Source: Yuukianura sp. NJ FZ-2021 (taxonomy: Eukaryota). Taken from it: a stretch of DNA of 64,000 nucleotides. The stretch lies in the NCBI GenBank assembly GCA_046563655.1, contig CM102285.1:3286001-3350000 (forward strand), given 5' to 3'. Position numbers and translations under genes: made by a program. This document shows positions 53,784-64,000 of this stretch, in pieces. How positions within the stretch are numbered: the stretch's first letter is position 1; every line of letters begins with the position of its first letter. The notes below the pieces were generated by a model. It did no database searches. It saw only the letters and a program-made list of their open reading frames with translations, and was not told where the DNA came from.

Positions 53784-54772
53784 TAGGCAAAAAAAAGTCT
53801 AGAACTTTTCTTTTATTTTTTAGAACTTTGATGGAATTGCAAATTAATTTGGTTTCTAGCTACCGCGTCAGAGTACGGTAAACGTAATTTCATGCAAAGC
53901 AATTGCTGTTTGAAATCCACATATAATTTAGGATTGATCTCATGGTTTTTCCGGAACACAGTTCATACTTGCTGATTCTCGTGTTTTGGTAAATCACTTA
54001 ACATGTAACGTGGAGATCACTTTCATTACCAAGTTCTGAGGTGTCCGAAATACTAGGTTTGCTAATCAAGTAAATCCATAACGCCAACTATTGAATTCCA
54101 ACAAAAGGCGATTTTTTTTCAACGAAAGGCTTAACCTTTTACGCAATAATAACTAGAGTTTATTATATTTTATTCCATGAGTTGCCAAGTTTAGTTTCAC
54201 GTTGATTGTGGATTTTAGAATCATTTTGATTGTTCACGTCATTTGTCAGTTCAGTCAACTATTGTACTACGATAATCTTAAGCAACAAGGCTATCAAGAC
54301 TAGACTTTCCAGTTATCCTACCTTCCCGACAAACACCAGCTTGATGGCATCATGCCGGTTAGGTGATGGAATGATGGCATTCTGCTGGCACCGAGTCCGC
54401 CATTACGACCATGCGTAGTCCCAGCAATGTACCGGTGCAATGAAATGTTACGGGAGTTTAGTGCCAGCAATTAAGGCTGAATTCAGGACTACCCGCGCTG
54501 GTACAATACAGCGGAGAGATGCAATACCGACTTTACTGGTCGACAGCATCTCCCCAGTACCAAGCCAATGTAAGTTGAGAAAGGTGTTTTAAATTTGGCG
54601 TGCCGGTACATTTCCAGTGTTGGGCCATTATGTGCATCTGAAAATGTTTCCCGCCACTTTCAACAATGGGATATATTTGAGGTTGTATAAAAAAGGAGGC
54701 GTTGCATCATCTCTTTATGATCAATTGAGCTTTCCTGTATACTTTTACTCAGTCTGTTATATAATAATTGAG

Positions 54773-55663
54773 ATGGCTCAGTTCAAGTACGCCGTTGTTC
54801 TGTTCACCGTTGACAATTCCACTTCAGTGGTACCGAAGTCCTGGATTAGTGATTGTGAAAACAATTGTCTTATCCCTCCTGACCTCACATCGAAAAGGAT
54901 TATCAAAGGGATCCCGCCTGCACCGGATTCAACCGCATATGACATCGTTGTTCTCAAAAAGTTTGGTAAGCTTAATAATTGCATGTCATCATTACTTATG
55001 TATTTTTTTAATATTGAGAATTATTGCACTTTTGTAGATGACTACAGTTGCACGACTGGACTTCAAGTACGACGAAGCAGTCGACATACCAAGTCTACCA
55101 GTTTTAACTAGTGACGAACTGCTTTTGCTCCTATCTTGGGTTACTGGACAAAGAGACAATCGCCAGAAACTGGTAATTTGTACAGTCAAATTATACTACT
55201 TTGTCTCACAAAGTGAACGATTGTTAACAAGTGACAACATTTGTTGAATTTTTGCAGGTGAATTTGCTCTCTCGTGTTGGAGGACAGACGTTTGGCCAAA
55301 CTATGTTCAGCACTTTGCAAAAACTCATGCACCACGACTTATCGTTTCAATACCGTCATACGAACCACAGTGGAAAGCTAGGATTTGGTGTATTGGAGCT
55401 ACGAGTGGTCGTCATTGGCAAGTGCTATGCTTACAAAGAATTTTTAATTTATAACTGTGATATAAGTTAAAATGAATATTAATTTTAATCGTTTTTTTTG
55501 TTCCTTAGATGCTGTTTTGAAAGCTCATCCAAATACTTCCGAACAGCTGATCAAAACAAAAATAGGAAGTTGGTTCCGTTGTACTCCTGATCGGATAGGG
55601 GGAAGGAAACATCGCATCCATCCAAGAATCTCTGCTACTGAACATGTCGTCCAGACATCTTAG
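54773..55663 (+). pseudogene. Transposon accessory gene (DUF4806-like), spliced, frame-disrupted
   Basis: Exons 54773-54965 (MAQFKYAVVLFTVDNSTSVVPKSWI...), 55038-55172, 55258-55417 (GC donor) and 55509-55663 (VNLLSRVGG...IGSWFRCTPDRIGGRKHR). The frame shifts early in exon 2, consistent with an internal deletion. Confidence 0.6.
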
Positions 55664-55980
55664 AAGAAAAATTCTTACAGCTGCACTTCAATCACTTCAC
55701 GACATTAATTCTCTACTTAACCAAAGTCCAGCACAATCAATACATGTTCCTGTGGTGAGAAGTTTAGAAATTAGTGATCAGGACAGTTACTCTAGCATTA
55801 TCGACGTAAATGTTCATAGCTCTGAACTTGACGATTTATCAGATTCCAGTAATGTTGTGGATTTAGTGTAGCCAAAAAATTCAGTTTTTGTGACCCTTTA
55901 GGAAACTGGGCAGTCACAAACAACATTTCACATAAAGCTCTTAGACAATTAATTTCAATCTTAAATACCGAGTTTAAATA
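55644..55980 (+). pseudogene. Truncated N-terminal fragment of an EnSpm-type transposase
   Basis: MSSRHLRRKI... followed, after a stop or frame change, by DPLGNWAVTNNISHKALRQLISILNTEF. This matches the W-A-x-x-x-N-I-S-H-x-A-L-x-x-L-L motif recalled for animal EnSpm-like transposases. No catalytic core is present. Confidence 0.55.
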
Positions 55981-56757
55981 GTTGTTAGTTTTTAACAGAA
56001 AATGAAATAAACTGATTGGTTCAAAAAGTGTATACTCTTTAACATGTTTTATTAGCACAGGCGCGTGATTTTGTGCTGGGGGAGTCGTTTTTGCCAGTAT
56101 AGGGAAGGTACTGGTTGTGTACAGGCGAATGCCGTCATGCTGGTAAATGTGCATAAGCCGGTATCGTTTTCTTACTGGCGACGTAATGGCAAACCGGTAT
56201 AACATTTTACCGGCATCATACCATTACCGAAACAGCACTGGGAGAGTACATGTTACGATGCCGAAAAAGCGGACATGCCCAACATTCTCCCATCATTAAG
56301 ATGCCGGGAGTAAGCCGGTAATGCGCCAGTACTGGGGTGTTTGTCGGGTTAACAACTCAAATTCGCCACTGCAAACACGAAGACCTGTATGACGTACATA
56401 GCAACAGAAAGTCCTAACTTTTTTTTAAAAAAAAAGGTCCACACGTCATCGGCCAAGGACAACTTATGGAAAAAAAAAATCAAAAACCGGACTTGCTTCG
56501 CGTTTAACTACCTGATGAACTACATCGTGAGCTTATTCATGCAAACTGCATCTTATTTAGAAGCCAAAGAGCATATAAGTATTGACATTTATTGGTTTTA
56601 TAGTATCATTCCACAAAGATAACCCGATTAACTTAAAGTTTCACTTTAGCTGTTATTATTATTACATTTCATAATCACAGCTGACACTCAACGGGTTAAC
56701 CAATTTGTTGCATCGTCTAAAATCGGGCAATTTAAACTATTTAAAAGCCGTACTGAA

Positions 56758-58928
56758 ATGGTTGCACTCCGACCAACTTTTTCGGATAAGTCTACGTCCA
56801 CAATATGCATCATCGGTGCTGGGTAAAATTTTCCCTGCAAAATTTTATTTCTGCCTACGTTGCAAGCGAAAATAAATTTTTTTTTAGATTCTCAGGCTTA
56901 ACGGCTGGAATTCAATTGAAGCGGCAACTCAAACTAAGTTCGTTTACTATTTATGATGAAAATCATGACATTGGTGGAACTTGGCTTGTGAATACTTATC
57001 CGTAAGCCAAAAACACTCTAGCTTGAAAAAAATTGCCTAGCCAGCTTCTTACTTTGTCAATGAAAGTGTAAAAATTTGTCACTAACTTTACAAGGGGGGC
57101 TTCATGCGACGTTCCGAGCATTTACTACAGTTTGTCATTCGAGTTGAATCCAGGTATAAAAGAAAACTGAAATTTTAGAAAAACAGAATGTTTATACATG
57201 TGTTTCATTTTGCTCAAATGTAGGTTGGCCTGAAGCGTATTCGTCGAGCGAAGCCATTTTGCAATACATGCAAAACCTTGTTGGAAAGTATGAGCTAAGC
57301 CCCCACATCAAGCTGAATGCGGAGGTCAAGGCCACTGTTTGGGCCGCAGATACAAAAACGTGGAATGTGACCCTACGACTAAGAGACTAAACAACAACAT
57401 ACTCAACAATTTGATATAGTGTAAGACCAGTTGACTTATTTGCATATCAAAATACAAAATAATTCATTAGTTAAAACATTATGCGCAGAATCACAGGCTC
57501 AGGCTTCCTACGGAACCCGCATGTCCCACAAGATTTCATGAATTTCAAGGGTCCTGTTTTTCATTCTGCTGAGTGGAACCACTCTGTTGAATTGGCGGAC
57601 AAGGTTGTTGGCATCATTGGATCTGGTTCAAGTGCCATCCAGATTATTCCAGCCATTGCCAAAAAAGTGAAGGAGTTGCATTGCTATCAAAGGAAACCTG
57701 GACATGTCTTAGAAAGGACGCAGAAAACTTACTCGAAGGCATGGAAGTTGGCTTGCAAATATTTTCCGGTAATTTTAATAAGTTTACGGATTCAACTACA
57801 ACACTATTATTATTTACCACAAAATCAAAGTTCATTTAAAAACATTGAGAAATAGCATGTCTTTTATATTTTTAGCCTTTGATGTGGATAATACGGCTTT
57901 ATATTTTTATAATATGTGAAGTGTTCCACCTTTCATTTTTTCCGGGAGGAAAAGTAAATAAATTCGGTACTCCTGATTTTTGTATATTTCTGTATTTTAT
58001 AAAATCCAGAGTTGAAGGTTGGATTATTTTTAACAACATTTTTATTTAACCCTTATTAGTTACTGAAATGTGCAAAAAGCATTTGGAAAAACAAGTTGAA
58101 GATGAAGCATTGCGGCAGAAAGCGAGTCCAGGATTCGTTTACGGCTGTAAACGGCTTCTGCTCCACAACGACTATTATCCAGCTCTCCAACTTCCAAATG
58201 TGAAACTTCATCGCGGAAAAGTACAAAAAGTTTCTGGAGAAATAGTTGAATGTGAGGATGGAAGTAGCTCAAAACTTGATGTGCGTGTATCAGGATTTTG
58301 CATTTCCAAAAAAAAGTAATTTTTTTAAGTTGGTAAAAAATAATTTCCAGGTTCTAATTTTGGCAACTGGATTCAAAACTAATCACTACATGGACCCTCT
58401 AAAAATTGTTGGCAAGGAAGGAATTAATGTCAATGAGCACTGGAAAGAAAACGTGCCATCTTCCTACCTCGGCATCATCACGCACTCAGCGCCGAATCAG
58501 TTCTTTCTTCTTGGACCGAACACCGTAAGAAAAGGGAATCTACAAGTTAATTGTGTTTCGAAATTTTATGACATTTTTCAAAATCTAAAATTATATAATT
58601 TTTTGAATTTTAGCTTTTGGGCCACAGCAGTGTCTTGTACATAATGGAATGTCAGGTCAACTACATTGTTGATGGAATCCGACAGATGATGCTGAAGAAC
58701 ATAAAAGTAGTTGAGCCCAAGAAAGCCATTGAGGAGAAGTACATGGATGAAATACAGCGTGAACTGAAGAAGATGGTGTGGGCCACTGGAAAATGCGAAG
58801 CATGGTACAGCGATGCTCGTGGAAATGTCACTGCTCTCTGGCCGTACAACTGTCTCACGTACTGGAAAAGAACGCGCAAGTTCCGCATGGGAGATTACGA
58901 AACGTATGCTTGGGATGAAGCGCCTTAG
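56758..58928 (+). pseudogene. Baeyer-Villiger monooxygenase / class B flavin monooxygenase copy 1, probable pseudogene
   Basis: Exons 56758-56822, 56888-57001, 57095-57153, 57224-57420, 57489-57768, 57876-57966, 58060-58280, 58351-58524, 58614-58928. Motifs: IIGAGFSG, GGTWxx[43 protein letters not shown]. Exon 4 is 197 nt versus 199 nt in copy 2, giving a stop at 57388-57390. The restored frame also contains TAA at 57380-57382. Confidence 0.8.
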
Positions 58929-59049
58929 CACCGAATGTTAATATTTTGTTTTGGAAGATGATAACATTTAAAAAATTAAAAATTTTAAAAGAACAGTGTG
59001 TGTGTGTGTATAAGCCCAATACGGTTTAATTCTTGAAGCAAACTACACT

Positions 59050-59562
59050 TTATTAAGTATCGTCAGATACTTTTAGGGATCGTAATGTCCGTCTGTCCGT
59101 CTGTCTGTCTGTCCGTCTGTACGTATACTAGCCACAATATCTCTGGAACCGCTGGACCGATTTTCAATCTGTCTTCACAGATGAACTTGACATGGTCCAG
59201 GGGTGAACAAGTTGTTTCCGGTTTTACCGGAAGTAGCCAACTTCCGGGTCAAAGGTCAAGGTCAAGTACATTTTCGACGGAATTTGGAAAAATGGCCTCC
59301 ACAAAAGTTGTTCATTTCAATGAAAGAACAACTTTGCTGTAGGTGACCTTGACCTTTGGCATACGGTTCTGGAGATATAGACGCTGCAAGTTGCTAAATG
59401 GTGTCGCTCATACTACGCGCGTCTATAACTTTGGAACCCCTGAACCGATTTTCAACCTGTCTTCGCAGATGACCTTCACATGGTACAGGGGTGACTAATC
59501 GGCTTCTGGTTTGATCGGAAGTGGCCAAATTCCGGGTCAAAGGTCAAGGTCAAGTACATTTT
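59050..59562 (+). mobile_element. Helentron-associated (HINE/DINE-1-like) non-autonomous element, copy A (interrupted or truncated)
   Basis: Begins after a T-run with the palindromic AAGTATC-GTCA-GATACTT, then a (GTCY)n microsatellite at ~59087-59120. An internal ~290-bp-period direct repeat follows (59145-59273 versus 59433-59562). Confidence 0.7.
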
Positions 59563-59825
59563 TAAGTATCGTCAGATACTTATAGGGATCGTCTTGTCCG
59601 TCCGTTCCTCCGTCCGTCTGTAATGCTTTTAACTCGGCAACCACTGCACTGATTTCTAAGCAGCTTTTTTAATGAGTACTAAATACAAACCAGATGACTA
59701 AAAATCAGTTTTTGGATTCACCTTAAGTGACCTCTATTGGTGTCATAGGTCAAGGTTATGCTCTATTTGCATTATGGAAACGGATGGGCAGACTCGGAAG
59801 GGATATGCGGGGATCGGATTTTGAT

Positions 59826-60477
59826 TAGGGGTCGCAAATTCGAATTTGAATTCGATTCGAAATTCGAATATTCGTCTTTTCTCAGCGAATTCGAAATTCG
59901 AAATTGGGAGGGACAAAATTCGAATTTATTGTCTAAATGGGTCAAAATTAGACTAAAACATTTTGTGGCGGGAGATGTGGTGTAGAAAGCAAAATTCAAA
60001 CATTTCCGCCTTTGTTTTGTGATTCAATTTTCGATTCAGTCAACCTTTCAACCTTCCTCGCTACCCTAGTCACTGCCAACCAAATTCTCAATTCCCAAAA
60101 ATACAATTTTAAAATATGAGCGACTGCTACAGGAATGTTACCGATACCTGAAAGCAATTCTGTCAGCGAGTGTGGAATCGGAGCGAATTTTTCCGTCATC
60201 TGGGTACTTGTGTAACAAGCTTGGCTCTCGAGTCGGTGACAAAGTTTTATTTTCACCATAACGAAAATTAGTTTGAATACCGTTGTTGTTTAAGGATATC
60301 AGTCTCTAAAGAACGTTTCAAAAGTAAATAACATGTTTTCAATGTGTTAAATACTCGTCTGAATTCTAATTACTTTTGTTTCTTTAAATCCGAAGAAATT
60401 CGAATTTGGAGTTTGGAAATTCGAATACCAAATTCGAAATTCGAATTTCAAAAACAGATTCGAATTTGCGACCCCTA
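59826..60477 (+). mobile_element. Non-autonomous hAT transposon (652 bp, internal-deletion derivative)
   Basis: 20-bp TIRs TAGGGGTCGCAAATTCGAAT / ATTCGAATTTGCGACCCCTA and an 8-bp TSD ATTTTGAT (59818-59825 and 60478-60485). Subterminal TTCGAA arrays. Residual hAT C-terminal dimerisation coding at 60121-60249 (YRYLKAILSASVESERIFPSSGYLCNKLGSRVGDKS). Confidence 0.9.
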
Positions 60478-60586
60478 ATTTTGATGACCTTGAGTGACCT
60501 CTAACAAGGTCAAGGTCATCTTTTTTTTTACCTCAATTCAAAAATTCGGGGATGGATGTTTGACGATGCGAGGATTAAAATTAATT

Positions 60587-60633
60587 ATATTAATTAATAT
60601 TAATATATATATAATATTAATATTAATTAATAT
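60587..60633. repeat. AT-only palindrome (20-bp perfect arms)
   Basis: ATATTAATTAATATTAATAT-atatata-ATATTAATATTAATTAATAT. Confidence 0.9.
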
Positions 60634-62065
60634 GCTGCTTGCTAATAACTAATATAATGCCGAATGCTGTTTGACCTCAAATAACCTCTAACAATATCAG
60701 AGGTCTAGGTCAACAATATCCGGCGCGGGAATTCTCTATAATTGATCTGACGATACTTATTTACATCGTCTTTGCAAGAAGTTTATTGTTTGCAGTGAGT
60801 ATTGCGAACGCCTATTTCTCCTACGTCAGAAGCTTTCGCATGGTAGTGTAGTGCTATTTTTTCGAATCATTCATTCAAATAATTTCAAAATTGAACCTTC
60901 CAATATTTTTACGTAACCAAAAATTATAAAACTGTCAACAGATTTGTATAGTATCTTAATCGTTAAGATCACGATGTTACTATGCAAGATGGAAATAAAT
61001 CATATTAGACCTTGTAACTAAGATATTGACAAAAGTTTAGTTTCCAAAAATTGTCAAAACACTAATCAATATTTTTTGAATGTAAGCTTACAGCGTTCAG
61101 GATGTTCAAATTGTATTTCAAGTGAAACAAAACCTCTGAGCACACAATTGTTTACTACCGTCAAATTTTAATTAATCCTCAAGTTTATTGTAACACAGAC
61201 TGTCTACCTAAAACCCATTTGTGTTATTTGTGGTAGCAAAGGTTTTTTTTAAATCCACATATAATTTAGCATTGATTTTGTGTTTTTTTTTTGTACGGAA
61301 TCAACTTGCTGCAACGATTCCCATGTTTTGGTATCTCACTTAAATTTGCATGTGTTGGACATTTTCACAACCAAGTTCTGACATTCCAACAAAAAAGGAT
61401 TTTTTTTAGCGAAACGCTTCATCCTTCACCCCATACTAACTAAAGTTGCAATATTTTGTTTCATAAGTTAACATGTTTTGTCTCTTGTTTATTCTGGATT
61501 TTAGAACCTTTATGTTTGTAGAACTTTTTTTTATTGTCTCACGCCACTATAATCTTATGTAACAAAAATTTTTAAACTAGAATTTCAAGTTATCTTACTT
61601 TAAGAAATCAAATTTGCCAAATAAGCACACAGACCTGTAACAGTAACACGTACATAGCAACAGAAATTTATAATTTCTTAAAAAGAAGGCTCAAGTGCTC
61701 GGCCAAGGTCAACTTATGAAAAAAAATCAACAACCGAACCATCTTTACATGCTTCGCGTGTGATACTACCAAATTGACTACATCGTGAGCTTATTTATTC
61801 AAACTGCATCTTATTTAGAGGCCAAAAAGCATACAAATAGTGGCATTTATTAGTTTCATAGTATCATTCTACAAACAAAGATAACCCGACTCACTTAAAG
61901 TTACACTGTAGACGTTACTACCATTGCATAATCACAGCTGACACTCAATGTGTTAACCTATTTGTTGCATCACCTAAAATCATCAAAGTTTATACCAAAG
62001 TCTTTAAACACTTCTCCACTTCTCGATAAAACACTACGGTAAAGGAAGTATTTAAAAGTCTCAAA

Positions 62066-64000
62066 ATGGGTGGATTTGGACCAACATTTCCGGATGGCTC
62101 AACGCCCAAAATATGCATCATCGGTGCTGGGTAAAATATTTCCTTCAAAATTTTATTTTTCACTATTTTCCATGAGGAACAAAATTTTAATTTGCAGATT
62201 CTCAGGCCTAACCGCTGGAATTCAATTGAAACGGCAACTCAAATTAAGTTCGTTTACAATTTACGATGAAAATCATGACATTGGCGGAACATGGCTTGTG
62301 AATACTTATCCGTAAGCCTAAAAAACACTCTCGTTAGGAAAACAAAAAAGCTTGGAAAGCTCTTATTTAGTGAAATGTGTTTGAAAATTTGTCACTTTAC
62401 TAGAGGAGTTGCATGCGATATTCCAAGTATTTTATACAGCTTGTCATTCGAGTTGAACCCAGGTATAAAAAAATGAAACTAAAATTTTGGAAAACGGATT
62501 GCCAATATTTGAGTTTCAAAATTATGCTTAAATACAGACTGGCCTGAAGCGTATTCGTCGAGCGAAGCCATTTTGAAGTACATGCGAAAACTTGTCGGAA
62601 AGTATGACCTGAACCCCCACATCAAGCTCAATACGGAGGTCAGGGCCACTGTGTGGGACGAAGATGCAAAGAAGTGGAGTGTGGCGCTGTATAACAAGGA
62701 GAATCAACAACAACATACTCAGCAATTTGATATTGTGTAAGACTAGTTGACCTTGCATGTCAAAAATACAAGATATCTCAAGACTTCACAAAAATATTTT
62801 CAGAATCACTGGCTTAGGCCTCCTGCGGAGTCCAAATGTCCCACAAAATTTCAAAAACTTCAAGGGTCCTGTTTTTCATTCTGCAGAGTGGGACCACTCT
62901 GTTGACCTCACAGACAAGGTTGTTGGCATCATCGGATCTGGTTCAACTGCTATTCAGATTATTCCAGCCATTGCCAAAAAAGTGAAGGAGTTGCATTGCT
63001 ATCAAAGGAAACCTGGACATGTCGCAGAGAGGCCACAGAAAACTTATTCCCAAGCATGGAAGTTGGCATGCAAATATTTTCCGGTAATTTTAAATATCCT
63101 ATTTACAGATTTAATTACAAAAGTTATTATTACCCACAAAAATAAAAAATCAGATAAATACATTGTCGTTTATGTTTTTAGCCTTTGATGTGGATAATGC
63201 GGCTTCTAATTTTTATTAAATTTGAACTGTTCCACTTTTCGTTTTTTCCGGGAGGAAAAGTGAACAAACTCGGTACGTATAGATTTTTGTGTAACTTTGT
63301 TAAATTTCCAGTTAAAGGATTTTAAATTATTATTAACAAGAACAGTTTTTACTTTACAACTTGTTAGTTACTGAAACGTGCAAAAATCATTTGGAAAAGC
63401 AAGTTGAAGATGAAGCATTGCGGCAGAAAGCGGCTCCAGGATTTGTTTACGGCTGCAAAAGACTTTTGTTCCACAACGACTATTACCCGGCTCTCCAACT
63501 TCCAAATGTCAGACTTCACCGCGGAAAAATTCAACAAATTTTTGGAGAAATAGTTGAATGTGAGGATGGAAGTAGCACAAAACTGGATGTGCGTGGATCA
63601 GGATTTCGAATTTCCATTGGAAAAATTAATCTTTTAAGTTGATAAATGTAATTTTAGGTTCTAATTTTGGCAACTGGATTCAAAAGTAATCACTACATGG
63701 ATCCTCTAAAAATTGTTGGTAAGGGAGGAATCAATGTCAATGAGCACTGGAAAGAAAACGTGCCATCTTCCTACCTCGGCATCATCACGCACTCTGCGCC
63801 GAATCAGTTCTTTCTTCTTGGACCGAACACCGTAAGAAAGGGAATCTACAAGTTAATTGTGTTTCGAAATTTACTCAAGAATATGATATTTTTCAAAATC
63901 TAAAATTATATAATTTTTTGAATTTTAGCTATTGGGCCACAGCAGCGTCTTGTACATAATGGAGTGTCAAGTGAACTACATTGTTGATGGAATCCGACAG
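62066..64000 (+). CDS. Baeyer-Villiger monooxygenase / class B flavin monooxygenase copy 2 (3' end beyond window)
   Basis: Exons 62066-62130, 62198-62311, 62404-62462, 62538-62736, 62804-63083, 63182-63272, 63368-63588, 63658-63831, 63929->64000, open throughout. Two GxGxx(G/A) Rossmann motifs flank the type I BVMO fingerprint [12 protein letters not shown]. Confidence 0.9.

Larger units (their letters stand above)
54325..56348 (+). mobile_element. Internally deleted CACTA/EnSpm (CMC superfamily)-like DNA transposon, 2024 bp
   Basis: Perfect 13-bp TIRs CCCGACAAACACC / GGTGTTTGTCGGG and a 2-bp TSD (TT at 54323-54324 and 56349-56350). Subterminal regions are rich in CCGG/TGGCA/TGCC motifs. The paralogous upstream region at ~61587-61617 shows the empty site. 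Confidence 0.85.
59563..60791 (+). mobile_element. Helentron-associated (HINE/DINE-1-like) element, copy B, apparently complete
   Basis: Same 5' palindrome and GTCC microsatellite, inserted at a T-run. The complementary subterminal repeat ATCTGACGATACTT is at 60745-60758, followed by a short stem-loop (TCTT-TGC-AAGA) and a T-rich end. Confidence 0.7.
53912..64000 (+). other. Tandem segmental duplication of the BVMO locus including ~0.8 kb upstream
   Basis: Upstream homology such as AAATCCACATATAATTTAG (53913 / 61251), CATCGTGAGCTTATT and ATAATCACAGCTGACACTCAA, plus identical exon-intron structure. Confidence 0.85.

Noticed and set aside
56758-64000. Bacterial contamination or chimeric assembly
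   Set aside because: The genes have 8 canonical spliceosomal introns and are interleaved with eukaryotic transposons.

Overview
AT-rich eukaryotic (GT-AG spliced) genomic DNA, probably from an arthropod. A soil hexapod such as a springtail is my inference from gene content, small introns and TTAGG-like motifs; it is not verified. Contents: (1) An 11-exon, ~32 kb basonuclin/disco-family zinc-finger gene (+, 7499-39834, ~791 aa). The ORF track misses most of its basonuclin N-terminal domain, which lies on small exons within very large introns. (2) A convergent 3-exon gustatory/chemoreceptor-like 7TM gene (-, 41149-42634). (3) A small single-pass membrane protein gene (-, 51905-52360). (4) A tandem pair of 9-exon Baeyer-Villiger-type flavin monooxygenase genes of bacterial character. 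Copy 1 (56758-58928) has a frameshift, a nonsense codon and a 2-kb CACTA/EnSpm-like transposon in its upstream region. Copy 2 (62066 to past the window end) looks intact. (5) A three-level transposon nest between the two copies (hAT derivative inside a Helentron-associated element inside another), plus many MITE-like relics. All calls are by manual reading; no database searches were run.
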